DNA from: Paramecium tetraurelia
Taxonomy: Eukaryota
Reading direction: 5' to 3'
Assembly (NCBI GenBank): GCA_000165425.1
Contig: CT868670.1
Location: 62,001 to 126,000 of the forward strand
Length of the DNA stretch: 64,000 nucleotides
Both the position numbers and the translations under genes were made by a program. This document shows, piece after piece, positions 24,977 through 38,045 of this stretch (positions are counted from its first letter, which is position 1; the number at the start of each line of letters is the position of its first letter). The notes beneath the pieces were generated by a model. That model had not been told where the DNA came from and made no database searches. It worked only from the letters and a program-made list of their open reading frames with translations.

Positions 24977-25617
24977 TCTAATAAAGACTTATAACAATAA
25001 TCGTTTATTAATCTTATTATATTATCTTCGACCTTTTGGCAAATTTCTCTTTATATTTCAGACAAAACCTTTCTCATACACAAGTCAACCAAGTCAAACT
25101 TATTTTAATTAAGATGAACTGAATAAACATCTATATAGTTCCTATTTTCATGAATATTTGTAATTCAAAGGCTTTAATGCTACTAAATATCCAAATAGAT
25201 CTTCTAAATTCCTAAACATATTTTCTCAATAATTTAAGTAAATACACTCAGAACAAATAGTTTGAGTTTAATTTCATTCCAGACAATCTAAATACTAACT
25301 CTCAAGGTGGATAGTCTTTTAGGTCGCTATCATTATTAGAAACGTTTGAATTTTCTTTTATTTAATTATTTATTAAGAATCTGTTTAAGATTCAAAATGT
25401 ATTTTACTCAAGCAAGATAAGACATTTTATTAATATAAAACCTTTGTAATCATTACAATATATTAAGGTCTTCTTACAGAAATTTACAGAATTAATTGAG
25501 ATTATTAAAAATTATAAAGATCTCATTATTTAATTTTGTATGTACAAAACAATTTTCACTTTTGATTAAAATATCCATAATAATAATAATACAAAATTCA
25601 ATATATATTGAGAACTC

Positions 25618-27082
25618 TCAACCCTCATAATCATCATGCTGACGATAATCTTCTGCTTCGGCTTCTGCTCCAGTTTCCTCTTCATCGCCACCTTCCAAAT
25701 CATCTGGATTAATTCCAAATAAATGTAAATTTTACTAAATAATATTAATATTTACATTGAATAATTCTCTGAATTGGTTATTCTCAGATACTAGCTTCTC
25801 GTTTTCATCTGCCAAAACTTGTTTCTCATCTAACATGTGTTGATATAACTATTTAAAATTTTCTATTATTTCTTCTAGTTTTAATATTTCTTGATCCTTT
25901 TCCTCCAATTAAATTTACCAATTTTCATCAGATTCTTAATTATCATTTTATTTTGATCCAGAATTCTTCTCTTGTAATTAGTTTTATAATTCTAATATCA
26001 ATTAATCTTTCTGATTGTTTTCATTCTCCATTTCTTCCATTTTAGCTTATATCTCCTCAAAATTATAATTTTAAAATTCATGAGCAATTTCTAATATTTA
26101 ATCCTATTTCTCTTATGCAACATCTTCTAATTATTTTACTTACTACTCATATAGTTTCTTTTGTTAATCTAATTTCTTATTTGTCTATAAATCAGTGGTT
26201 TTCAATTGTTCTTTTAATTTTTTAACCTATTGATATATTTAGGAAATTTACATCTTCAGACAATTATTCAGTTTTCTTTTTATCCTCATGGTATTATTTC
26301 TTTAGATCATTAATTTTCTTCTCCAAATCTTTTTGATTTTATTGTCTTATTATTAATAACTAATATTACATTATTTTTTCAACTTCTTTATTTATATTCT
26401 AAAGCTAATCTTTGGTCTATTGCAATTCAATCTACAACTTTTTATTATTTTCTTGTTCTCTTTTAACCTAAACTGCCAATTCTTTAGATTAATCCTATGA
26501 AATTTATATTATTAATTACAGAAGGTAATTCCGAATCCTCTTATCTTCCAATATAATTATGCTTGATTTTGGTTAATTGTTGGAGTGATTCAGATTTACC
26601 CTAGGAAACTTATGCAACTTTTGGCACCTCTTTGTTTGAAGTAGAATTAGGTTTACTTGATTGGATATTTTTGGTTTCCAAATCAAACTTTCCCATTTTT
26701 TGAGAAGTTACAAATTATTAAATTTAGGCAGAGGCTTATGGTTATGGTTATTGATATTGAATTTATTATTATATTGGTTTCTACTTTAATTCAGGTTTGC
26801 TCTAGCAATTCAAATTAATATAAATTACTTATAGTTATTTATTTCGAATACCTGCAGCAGATTAACTCTTTATATTCATTTCTATTTGATGTTATATTAA
26901 GGGATACCTTGATATGACATAATTTCTGTTATATGTTGGGAATCAATTGGACCTTTTTTATTATGGACTTGTGTATTGCAAGCATAACAGATACAGTATA
27001 TCTGTCCAGGTTTACATTCTGAACATTTGATGGTTGCTGGCCTTTACTTACAAGCCATGCATTAGACAAAGAGAGAACTCAT
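25618..27082 (-). CDS. B-box zinc-finger + coiled-coil protein
   Basis: N terminus CMACKQRPATIKCSECKPGQIYCICYACNTQVH...H, followed by a long Q/E/K coiled coil and an acidic tail. Confidence 0.8.
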
Positions 27083-27179
27083 AATTTCAAATGAAATTAT
27101 AATTAAATATTAATACAATTTGATTTGAGAGAATAATATCAAATACAATATGCCAAAACAGCAAAGCAGTACATATATA

Positions 27180-28310
27180 TCATTTTTTTATTATGGTTGA
27201 ATAATTTTAATTGGATGAGTTGCAAATTGTGAAAGAACAATCAGATTTAGGAGATGCACTCCTTAGTAATTTTCTTGACAACGGACTTATTCTAACTTAA
27301 TTAATCTTCTTATCCTCCTCCTCTCTTAATTTCTTTTGAAATTGTTTTTATTATACTTCATCTTGATATAATTTCTGCCTTTCTAATAAACTGGCATTAT
27401 TATATTTCTTCTACACAATATACCTAGAACCATCATGAATTTCAGGAACATAACTAAACTGTTCTTACTCACTTAATTCCTACTCCATTTACATCTTTTA
27501 TTTGAATATTTTCTCCTCAGTTTGTCTCAACCTAAAATAATAAGGTCAATCTTACCATTATTTTTATGAGTCATACCATTGATCAAAACCATTTCTTGGT
27601 TTCTAAGCAGGTACCTTATTTTCTGACTTCTTTACTTTTAATTTATTATTTTTCACATTTTCTTCTGTTTTCATTATCTGATTAATTCCAACCTTTTTTT
27701 CTTTTTGAGTTGATTTATGAATGAAAGAAGACAAATTATATTATTTTGATTTGCTCTCAAATTCTTTCTTTAGCCATGAGTTATAAGAAGAAGGTGACAA
27801 TATGGCAACATTGTGTTTTGGTTGTTCTGGAGTTCTTGCTGATTATTGTTCACAAGTAGAAACATTGGAAGGTGATTTATTATTATTTAGATTACTGCTA
27901 TTCTTATTACGATTGGATTTTGTGGTAGTCCCATTAAGCACTTTGGTTTATGGAGATTTAGGTAAGTAGCTTTACTTGAACATATAGTTCCCCTTTAAAT
28001 TTGTCTTGCTTGTTTTAGTTGGAAGACAATTAATTGAGGATGGCTATGAACGGTCACTAACCAGGTCTTGACTTTTATTCAATAATAGAAGGTTGAGTGC
28101 ATTTTAATTCTTTTCGTTTATGGTCTGATCCATTGGATATGGTGTTGGGGATATGAAGTTACAATCGTAATCTTTGTTTTATATATGTTGGAGCAATTGT
28201 TCTTTAAACTGCAATTGTTATTCCTTTAATTGTTAAACTAACATCTTCGAACTTTATACTTTGCTGATTTCTTTGTTCAAAGATCTCGAGATCAGAGTCA
28301 TAGTCTTCAT
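27180..28310 (-). CDS. Hypothetical protein, low complexity and coiled coil
   Basis: Long code-6 frame MKTMTLISRSLNKE...FSYVPEIHDGS...IIKK*; one intron near 27532-27555. Confidence 0.65.
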
Positions 28311-28373
28311 TAATAATCACTGTTGACATCGAATAAAATTTATTTATAATAAATATAAATTACATAGAATTAT

Positions 28374-29009
28374 TCAATTTAAGAATGAATCTTGCAAAAG
28401 ACTATTGATTTGTTTTTGCAAGATTAACTTATATTGGCTTAGCCTCTTTTTGCCATTAGGAGTTGTTGATCTTTGTTGGGAAATTTAGGAATCTTGAAGG
28501 TTTTCTTTGACTCTACTAAGTGATCTTATCCTAATTGCAATGCTTTCGGTTGATAGCATAGATTTTTAAGTTTTACTGTTGACTCAACTTAATAAAATCA
28601 TACATTAATGCTTTGTGTAGAAGGCTGGCATTTTGGCCACTGTATTGGAATAGATATCAGTAGATATTTTGAGTTGTCTGTCCTTTTTCGCAGTGGTCTT
28701 AATTCTTTGGATTTTGACTTGAGTAAGTTAGGGAGCTTGATCATTGGGAGTAGACAGTGGACTATAATTTAATTGTTACTTTGGGTAATTGTAGATTTTC
28801 ATAATATCGCAGTTCCTGAGAGGCAGAGAATGAACTACATAGCCTTCTTAGATGAGAGATTTAGGATTTGGATGAATTTATTGAATAAATTAGGATCTCC
28901 TGACTTGAACATTCTGGAGAATGTCAATATTAAATAAATTTCGTATTCGTTTTTCTGCAAAATCAACGTTGGTTTCCTTTCCGATTCGGTGATGCAATTA
29001 TTAAATCAT
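28374..29009 (-). CDS. Hypothetical basic protein
   Basis: Code-6 frame MIQQLHHRIGKETNVDF...LLQDSFLN* with one 21-nt intron. Confidence 0.6.
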
Positions 29010-29084
29010 ATTATATTTATTTTATGATAAAAAGGTTTAATATATTATATGTTGATTTATGAATATAACAATACACTCATTAAA

Positions 29085-29792
29085 TCATGGTTATTTGCTT
29101 AAATTATACTAATAATTTTTAAATACCTGGAGCTTTGCGAAGACATCGATGCTTTGGATCTGCTCTCGCTGGAGGAAGGGGACCTCCTGGTTGGTTTCTT
29201 CTGCTGTTTCTACTATTATCGATATCTTCTTCTGGACTTGGAGGATTCAGAAGACTTGGAGGAGGAAGATGAAGATCTCCTTCGCTTCCTGTCTTTGTCT
29301 CGACGACTACAACATATTAAATTTGAGTGTACTTTCTCTTCTCTGAAGGCGACCTTGATTTTGGACAATCCTTGCGTACATGACCCTTTTTATAGCAACG
29401 ATAACAAGTGTCTCGCAAGTCCCCTGGTGAAATGGGATATGTTCATACCTTCTTTGCATTCGTTTGCCCAATGTCCTTTGCGGCCGCAATTGAAACATAC
29501 GTCTCTGGATGTGGGTCCTCTTGCACCTTACGGTCGATCATCTTTTCAATTTCATCCATCTCTTTTTTCTACCTCTTGGTTTGACTGTGATACGATCACT
29601 GCCTTCATTCAATCGTTTGTTGTCCATTTTTGAAATGGCTGCCTTGGCATCATCTCCATTTTCAAACTCAACAAAAGCATGAGTGTTTCGCAAATCAATG
29701 TCCTTGATTTTGCCGAACTTCTCAAACTCTTATTGAAGGTGCTCTCTTCGGATCCTGGAACTCAGACGCCCAACATATACTTATCGACTCAT
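29085..29792 (-). CDS. SR splicing factor: RRM + two CCHC zinc knuckles + RS domain (RS2Z/SRSF7-like)
   Basis: MSRQVYVGRLSSRIRREHLQQEFEKFGKI..HAFVEFE; CFNCGRKGHWANECKEGDLRDTCYRCYKKGHVRKDCP; S/R-rich tail; four introns. Confidence 0.92.
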
Positions 29793-29845
29793 ATTTAATT
29801 TATTAATTAATATATGTCGATGTTTTAAATTAATATTCGTAAATC

Positions 29846-32213
29846 TCATTTTTGTGGAAATCCGCTAGGTCTAGATGAAGGTTTGGAAGTTGATTTTGCA
29901 GCATCAGTATATCTACGAACTCTTTTAAATTGTTGTTATTATTATTATTAAGGAGTAAGTTCACCAAATGATTGATTGGCTAATCTAAATTTAAAAAAAT
30001 ATTTAAAAATCAAAATACCTCACAGAAGTAGATGCATTCGGAGTCTTTTTTGATTATTATTAGACCATTTTTGGTATGGGTTTTTTGAGATATTTATTTG
30101 CGTATTCATTAGTTTAGATGAGATCACTTTGCTTCTCTTATTTCTGTTGTTGAGTGAATTAAGTAAAGACAGTTTCTTCTTATTGAATGAGCAAAGTCTA
30201 CTCTTCCTAAAAGTTTTGATTTTGCTATTATCTTTACTGAATTTAGAGGAAAACCTCTTTGGCCAAAGATTGCTAGGTTATACCCTTCACATTTTTGATG
30301 AGGTTGTATTCAATAGGTTCCAAATATTAGTAGATTTAAGGCAAAGATTTAATTAATTGTATTTGTACACTTGCAGCTTTGTCAGAGCTATAAGAGACGA
30401 CTTGGTTGAGCTATAGAGAAAATCAAAACATATAATTACATTGAGTTCTTGGAACCGTTTCCTACTGATCAATGGTACCAGATTGGACACCCAAAAAATG
30501 TAGCGCACTCTTTTGTTGTTGTTGCCTCTGAAGAACATCAGATTCATGGTGTCTTTGATCTTCATTTGGATTTCGTAGTCTTGAGAGACACTGTAGAATT
30601 TAGCCAAACATTTCATGGATAAGAGGTCTGAATCGATGTTTTATTAATCTTTGTAGATGACTGGCAAGATGAATTGTTCGAAATGCTTTTTGTTAATGAG
30701 ATGCAGGAATTTGAGAAGGTGCTCTAAAAATAGTTAATTATATTAATAATTGCTTAAGCATTTCTTGTAGACTTTTTGCAATTATTAATTGATGTCTTTG
30801 AACTAGGTTTTCTAGAGGGATACTAAATGTATATAATTACTAGCTTCTCCTGATTCTCTTCGTTGCCCTACAACAACCTATACATTTCAGGCAGATTGAT
30901 GGCTAATATGCAATCAAGATCTTCACTCTAGATCACACACTCAAACAAATGCCACATCTTTTGTAACACATAACTGTACTTTAAGATTTATGTACTTCAA
31001 TTACATCAAACTATTTCGAAACTTCATGCAATATCTTGCAAGCCAGCAATTTGTTCTATTGACTCTTATCCTATATTAAAATATCCGCATAGGGCATTAA
31101 AATCTAACTAGCATGAGGGCCTTCATGCAGATGTAATATGATTCCCGGTAAATTATATAAATACCATTTCCGAATCTCGTCATTCTGATGCTGTCCGAAT
31201 TTCTGATACAAAATGGTAAATTTGTTCTTGAATTCGTCATTAATCAAATCCTGGATCTGCACGAAGGTCTCTCCACTGTATTGCAAAGCCACACTCAACA
31301 ATTCTACGTTGCTTGTCGATAAGCAATCAATGAAGATGGTGGTTCCTTTGATCTACTCTAATCTAAAGTGACAATTACATTGTAACTGTTTCTGGGCAAC
31401 AAGTGCTGAAACCTCAAGAAGGTCTTGATCATGCTTTTCTTCACATTTATTTGGGTGTCATACAATAACTCATTGATTTTGTCAATAAAGTATTGTTCTA
31501 CCAATTCTCCAGACAAGTTGCATATCAAACAAGTAAGTAATTCATCTGCAACTAGTTCTCTGATTTCGTGATCTGGATCTGAACACAATAAACGAGCTCG
31601 ATCCAATATTGGTCCTTTCATTTCATCCTTCAACACAGGAGAAATGCATACAATCATCTTAGCTCCGACCCATCTGCCAATTTCAGGCTATTTCGGTTCG
31701 CTAAATTGGATAATCATTTTCTCCAAATAAGTCTAAAATTCTTTATAATCAATCAGTAACACCAAATTTTGAAATACAGGCATCCAAGCCTGTGCTAATT
31801 TCCATTAATATAGTTAAATGAAATGGAGTGACAATTAGATGGTTTCTTTTGGTTTTACTTTGCAACCTAGCAAAGATCTTGCTGCCATTATCTGTATTTC
31901 TTCACTTTACTCCATTATGTCGCCTCGTATATATTGATACAATTGATCAAAACCAAGTGATAGCAATCTGTGTAGATTGTTATAGATCTAACATACAAAA
32001 AATGGATGGGAAATAAATTACAGCTACTTTTTAGCGTTGCTATCCCTTCATCAAAATTATTTATGCTCGTTTGATCTCTGGTAAGTCTTCTTCCAATGTT
32101 AACTTCTTTATTTCTTCATCTTTCTATACAAAATAATAACAATTCAAATTTACATTCAGAGTTATTCGACTTTCATTCACTTCAAAGTTATCAAAACTAT
32201 AATCCATCATCAT
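29846..32213 (-). CDS. PPP4R4: HEAT-repeat Ser/Thr phosphatase regulatory subunit, PP4R4-like
   Basis: KDEEIKKLTLEEDLPEIKRAQIILMKGQ resembles the PPP4R4 N terminus; HEAT repeats such as LCSDPDHEIRELVA and ELLYDTQINVKK. Confidence 0.75.
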
Positions 32214-32259
32214 AACTTTAGTTGTATAAATATTTAAAATAACAAATATAATTTAATAA
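32214..32259. promoter_or_regulatory. Very short head-to-head spacer, probable bidirectional promoter
   Basis: Only 46 bp, almost all A/T, between the PP4R4-like ATG (minus strand, 32213) and the coiled-coil gene ATG (plus strand, 32260). Confidence 0.55.
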
Positions 32260-34203
32260 ATGAATTAAGACTAAGATGAGAAACTCGTAATTAAAATTCC
32301 ATATATATTTAGTTCATCGACACCGTTTAAACATAATAACTTGAAATTGAGGGTTTGAAAAAGTAGATTCGACTTCAAGAATTCCAATCCAAATAACAAC
32401 ATCTAGAAGTAAACTCTTAAGCCTATCAAAGTTAATCAATTCCCTCGATCAATTGAAGAAGCGGAATGAGGAATTGGATCTAGAATTGAACAAACAGATT
32501 GAATCCACTCACGAAACAGAATTACAGCATTTTGCTCTATAGATGCAAGAATAATTGGCTAAGGCTGAAGAATAAATACTCATCTATCAAGAGAATGAGG
32601 TACAACTTTGATCAACTACTTTGTAGCTCAAATTGATCAAAGAAATCTAGTAACTCCAAGGCAAGTTGGAATCCGATAAGATTAACGATTTGAAACAACA
32701 ATTGGTTAAAATGGAAGAAACTGCCATCGCCCTGATTGTTGAGAAAGAGTTTATCATCTCAGAATAAGCCAAAGAAATAGAGTTGTTGAGATAAAACGAA
32801 AAATTAAATCATTCTTAAACTGAGAACAGCACTCAAATTCAAATTTTCGATATTCAAGACTTGGAAAACAAACTCTAAGATTATCAATATAAATTAGAAC
32901 ATCAATAATCACTTCATGAAGAGCAACTCTCAAATCTAGAAAGAATTATCACCACTCGTATATTTGAATCATTAGAAATTGAAATGAATTAGAAGAAACT
33001 AGTCGAGCAGGATCTGTTGCATCAAATACATATTCTTGAAGAAAAGAACAAGTATTACGAGAGACTATTGAATGATTAAGAAAAAAAACTCAACATTTTG
33101 AGAGACGAAAAAAGCCAAGAACAAATACTCTATGACAAAAAGTTCCAAGAGATTAGTGAACGATTGAGATATGCTCTATAATAAGTTATCAAAAGTGATA
33201 AGAAATGCGAAGATGCGTATAAGCAATTCTCACAATTACAAAGAGAAAAACAGAATATGACAAAACAGAAGGAGGAGCTAATACGAAAACAAGTGTTTCT
33301 GGAAAATCAAAACAGGAAGCATACATTGGCAATTTAAGAATATAAGGAATTGGCTGAAACTCTTTAATAACAGATCAATGAATAAGATTAAGTTATCTAA
33401 GAACAAAACGAACAGCTCTAAAAGTTAGCTGTCCATTATGAACAACAACTTAAAATTGCTATTCAATCCCATACACAGAAGTTTGATTTCAGCGATCTTG
33501 AAATGCCATCCAATTCAAATGCATTATTAAGTGATCTCCTCAAGGATAGTCAAATTAGTTAAAATCATCAAAATTCTCACATCGATTCACCAACTCATTC
33601 TTTAACTCATACTTCTCACCTTTCGGATTCCTATTGTTCTTTTTAAACCAAAAACAGTTCTAGAAGAAGAGTTGGAAATGATTGTAAATATGATAGCATT
33701 AAAGATGCATTACTTGATGCCAAACATACAATTAAGTAAATAATAATTATTATTCTAGAATCTAAAATTTAGAGATTTCCAATTATGAGCAAACCATTGA
33801 GATTTTGTAGAAAGAATTGAAAACTCAATTATTAGAAATCCATAATCTTAGAAAAATCAAATTAGATTTTAAATAAGACAAAGAGCATAAATTAGAAATA
33901 GAGAAATTAAAATTGTGTTTGAATACAATGGAAACGCATTATCTAACTACAAAATTGTGTTTGGCTGAGGAAATTAACTTTTTAAAAGATGAGTTAAAGA
34001 GAGCAGAATCAGAGGCTTCAAAATCTAAATTGTAATTAGCTTAATTAAATGCTCAATTTTGCATTATTCAATAAAAATATTAGAATTTAGATCGATAACA
34101 ATCACAATCACAATATCAAAGCCTCACAAACAGACAACCATAAAATATAGATGAGAAAAGTCCTGTTAAGGGAAGGAAGAGTATCTTTTCCATCTTTGGT
34201 TGA
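32260..34203 (+). CDS. Long coiled-coil protein, unknown function
   Basis: ATG at 32260, long code-6 frame rich in E/Q/K/L heptads, ending GRKSIFSIFG* at 34201-34203. Confidence 0.75.
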
Positions 34204-34550
34204 GTTGAAACAAGAATTAACAATTGATTATTTTTAATATGTAACTTAAAATATCTGTTAACCTCGTTGAATTTTATTTAAATCTTAACCCTTTTGGAGT
34301 TAGACTCTAGTATCACAATGAGAATTGGATGAAGGATGAGGGAGCGTATTTCAAAAATATTTAGTTCTTCTTTTAAACCATAATCATATTATTTAAGTAA
34401 TTATTATACCAAAAGATTATTTACTCTTAATTAAATAATTAAATATATTCAATTAATAATTAATATTGTTCATTATTAGATTAATCAATTTATCAAGTTT
34501 TTAATTGTTTGATTATAAACTTTAATTTAAATAATTAAAGATATATCTGC

Positions 34551-35787
34551 ATGAGCTAAGGTTTTGGAAACTAATTAAAGGAAGATTTTGTAATTGAACC
34601 TGGATACATTTGTGTTAATCACAGTAGCTTTGGTTACATTCCAAAAACTGTCTTAAAAAAAAGAATTGAGAATTAGAAGAGATTTCTAGAGAATCCAGAT
34701 AGTTTTGTTCGGTTTTTGGTTCCAAAAGAGTCCCCAATAGCAAGAAGAACAGCAGCAGACTTTTTGAATGCAAACTTTAATCAATGTTATTTCACTAGTA
34801 ATTCAGCCGAGTCCATGAATAGCATAATCAAAAGTAATTTATCTCGAATATTATTGAGGTTTGAAGTTGTCTGATAAGGATACAGTACTGTATTTGAATA
34901 TAGCCTATCCAATGGTGTAGAATGTGATAAAATACATTAATACTCATGAAAAAGTGAATACGTGTAGGGTAGAACTTAAAGTGGAGGATTTGGATAAGGA
35001 AATAATCTTGTCATTGATAGAAGGTATAGAATATGCATATTTGAATAGAAAATATGAAGACAAAGAAGATAACGGTAGCTATATTGGATTATATTTCGTC
35101 ACTGCCCTCAATAAAATTGCCAACGAAGGAATTTGTAGAATTATGCAAGAAATATGACGTAATAAGCATAATAGATGGTGCTCATGGGGCAGGAATCAGT
35201 GAAATCGACCTCAAGGATTTAGACCCTGATTTCTTTTTCACAAATTTAAACAAATGGGCATTCTGTCCATGCAGTGTTAATTTATTATATATGAAAGAGA
35301 AATATTTGAATTAAATACATAATAATACTATATCAGTATTTTACGGTGCTGGAATTGAGAAGGAATTTGAGTATTATGGCACTAGGGATTCAAGTGTTAT
35401 ACTTTCAGTGGTGGACGGAATAAATTATATTAACTAATTTGGTCTTAAAAATATTATTTAATATTGTGAAAATTTAGCATGGGAAGGCAGTGAATTGGTT
35501 GCTAAAATTTGGGAAACTGAGTTGATGGTTAAAGAAAAAAGGATGCATTCCGCAATGGTGAATGTATTGGTACCACACAAGGATCACTCTTATGTATTGG
35601 AATGTTAGAAAACGGTAAGAATATTTTATTATTATTGTAGTGCTTTGAAAAACACAATGTATTAGTGATTGTCTTTGAGTTCGATGGAAGATCTTGGGCT
35701 AGATTTAGTGCTAGCATTTACAATTGTTTAGAGGATTATGAGTATGCTGCACAGTAATTCTTAAATGTGTTAAAGAAAGAGAGATGA
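34551..35787 (+). CDS. PLP-dependent class V aminotransferase (L-cysteine desulfhydrase / isopenicillin N epimerase / Egt2-like)
   Basis: VNHSSFGYIP, IIDGAHGAG, PDFFFTNLNKW (PLP lysine), FEYYGTRDSS, WARFSASIYNCLEDYEY. Confidence 0.88.
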
Positions 35788-35836
35788 AATTGCTAAAATA
35801 TTGTCTAATTTATAATTTATAATTTATCTAATTGAT

Positions 35837-37356
35837 TCATTTGAATCCAGATCTTAATCCTGATCCTAATTAGCTTGATCTAAGATTTCCTAATTCAGTT
35901 TATTAAACAAGAGGTACTTCATCTACTTGGTTAGCGAATACGATAGCTTCACCCAAACCTAAAATCTAAATTGTTTCATTTACATAAGGATTTATCGATA
36001 CCAACATTCTCAGTCTCAGCATCAATTCTCAATATACCGAAGCCTTTGAAAGCTAGAAGTATAATTAATGTGAAGAAGGCCACCCAAGCAAAGATGATCA
36101 ATAATCCCAAGAATTGTTTGCCTAATAATTTGGCTCCGAATCCATAGAAAGCTCCTGCTTTTGTGTCAAACAATGCTGATAACACGATTCCAATGAATCC
36201 TGAACCCTATCAAAATAGATATTGATTATTACAAAATAAACTGATACAACCTCAGCTGGGTCATCGATATGAGCAGCAGGCATAACTTTAGCCAAAAAGC
36301 TGTAGATTAAGGCAGCAATAGCACCATAAAGGAATGCTGTCCATGGTTTCATATCATCAGCAGCTGCACTGACTGCAACTAGTCCACAAAGTACTCCTCT
36401 GGATAAGGCTGCTAAATTTGAGGTTCCATATTGGAAGTGTCTAATAACATAACTGAAGAATCCTCCTGAGGCTCCAGCAATCAAGGTGTTAACAGCCACT
36501 AATCCTTAAACGTATTGTGTTTTAGCTCCTTAACTAACAACTCCACCATTATAAAAAAGCCATCCAGCCAAGACCAACAATGATCCAAATCCAATGTACA
36601 ATGGAGAATGTCTGTTAAAATCAAGTGTGGCTCCATTATCAAATCTGGCCTTTCTTGGTTTCAATAACACTGTCAAAATCAATCCTGCGACTCCTGCAGC
36701 AAAGAAAACAACACCTGCACCTGAGAAATCTTTGTATCCGAGGGTGCTCAACCTATAAATTATTTTAATGCTAATTACCATCCTGCTGCCAAAGTCCAAT
36801 GTGTTAATCCTGCATAAATAAATCCAGAATATAAAACAGAGAAGATGGACCAACCCAAAAATGTCATTCTTTCAGCTGCTGCTCCTGCCAATATTGCTGT
36901 TCCTACGGCTGCACCTGATGCTCTGAAAACTAATTTCAAAATATTTGTTAATTTTACCGAAATTTGTATAATCATTTCCATATGCTGTTGCTTCCCATTT
37001 TGCTCCTGCCAATTTTGTTCCTCCCAAGAATTTAGTTTAGAAATCATCTCCGAAAGAAAAGCCATAGCCAAACTAAATGTAATTACTTTATCAATTACCA
37101 ACCACCATATTAACACGGTCAAAAATAATCCCAAGAAGACTTTGATTACTACTGATTGTGAATTCTTATATCTGACTGATCCTGCACCAATAAATGCAAA
37201 CCCAACTTAAGTCAATATTACTATAAATCCAGAAACCAAAACCCAATCATAATCTGGACTCTATGGACTTGGTATACTTGCCAAAGCAGGAATGCCACCT
37301 ATTTTATTATCATTCTAAGTACCTGCATCTTCATTATGCCTTAAAAGAGAACTCAT
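35837..37356 (-). CDS. Amt/Mep/Rh-family transporter with non-canonical pore residues
   Basis: QVGFAFIGAGSVRYKN, GAAAERMTF, KDFSGAGVV, GWLFYNGG, AVNTLIA, GVLCGLVAVSA, HIDDP, RIDAETENVGID; about 11 hydrophobic segments. Confidence 0.92.
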
Positions 37357-38045
37357 ATCTTCCGTTATTTAAAATAATATTTCAAATAAATTTATTTACT
37401 TTCTATTTAAAATGCCTCTAGTATATATATCATACATTCAAAATATATTATATCAAATCAATTTAATAATGTAGATGAGATGCTCAGAAATTATCAATAA
37501 ATCCCTACTCCTTTCAATTTAATTCTCTGTTAATCAAAGCATTTCATATAATAATTAATTTCTATACTATTAAAAGTGTACACTCAACATTAAACATTAA
37601 GTAAGGCTTATTATGAACTTAAAATGATGGAAGTTGTATATAGAAAATATAAAAACTTAGCTAATTTTGATAATTCAGAGATGTTCTATAGATTATCTAA
37701 TAATAATAAAAAAATTGTAAGTTAATATAATTTGAAATTGTCTTAAGATTGTTAATCATTATAATTTTAAATCATTTCTGCATACAGCATAAGTGATAGT
37801 AGATAAGGATCGTTGTTTAAATGAGATTAATCTCTAAACATAAGAATACCAATCAAAATTAGTGTCCAAAGAATAACTTATGGCAATTAGTTATTAGTTA
37901 GGTATTCGAAATTATGAAAAAAGATTAAAATATTAATTCATTACTTCAATGGTTTTAAATTAATAAGTTAGATGCTTATACAATGCTTAAATTTGTATGA
38001 AACATATATATTTATAAACTCCTTTATATATATAATTTAATTTTA

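Noticed and set aside
29154..29633. 159-aa plus-strand ORF in the supplied track (and similar ORFs such as 5506-5736, 36845-37210, 47762-48058, 58561-58917)
   Set aside because: These are antisense shadows of real code-6 genes on the opposite strand (SR protein, coiled-coil protein, Amt, ABCF3, pseudo-histidine kinase B).
34551..37356. Aminotransferase and Amt as a nitrogen-metabolism operon or cluster
   Set aside because: The genes are convergent in a eukaryotic genome with no sign of co-regulation; adjacency alone is not evidence.
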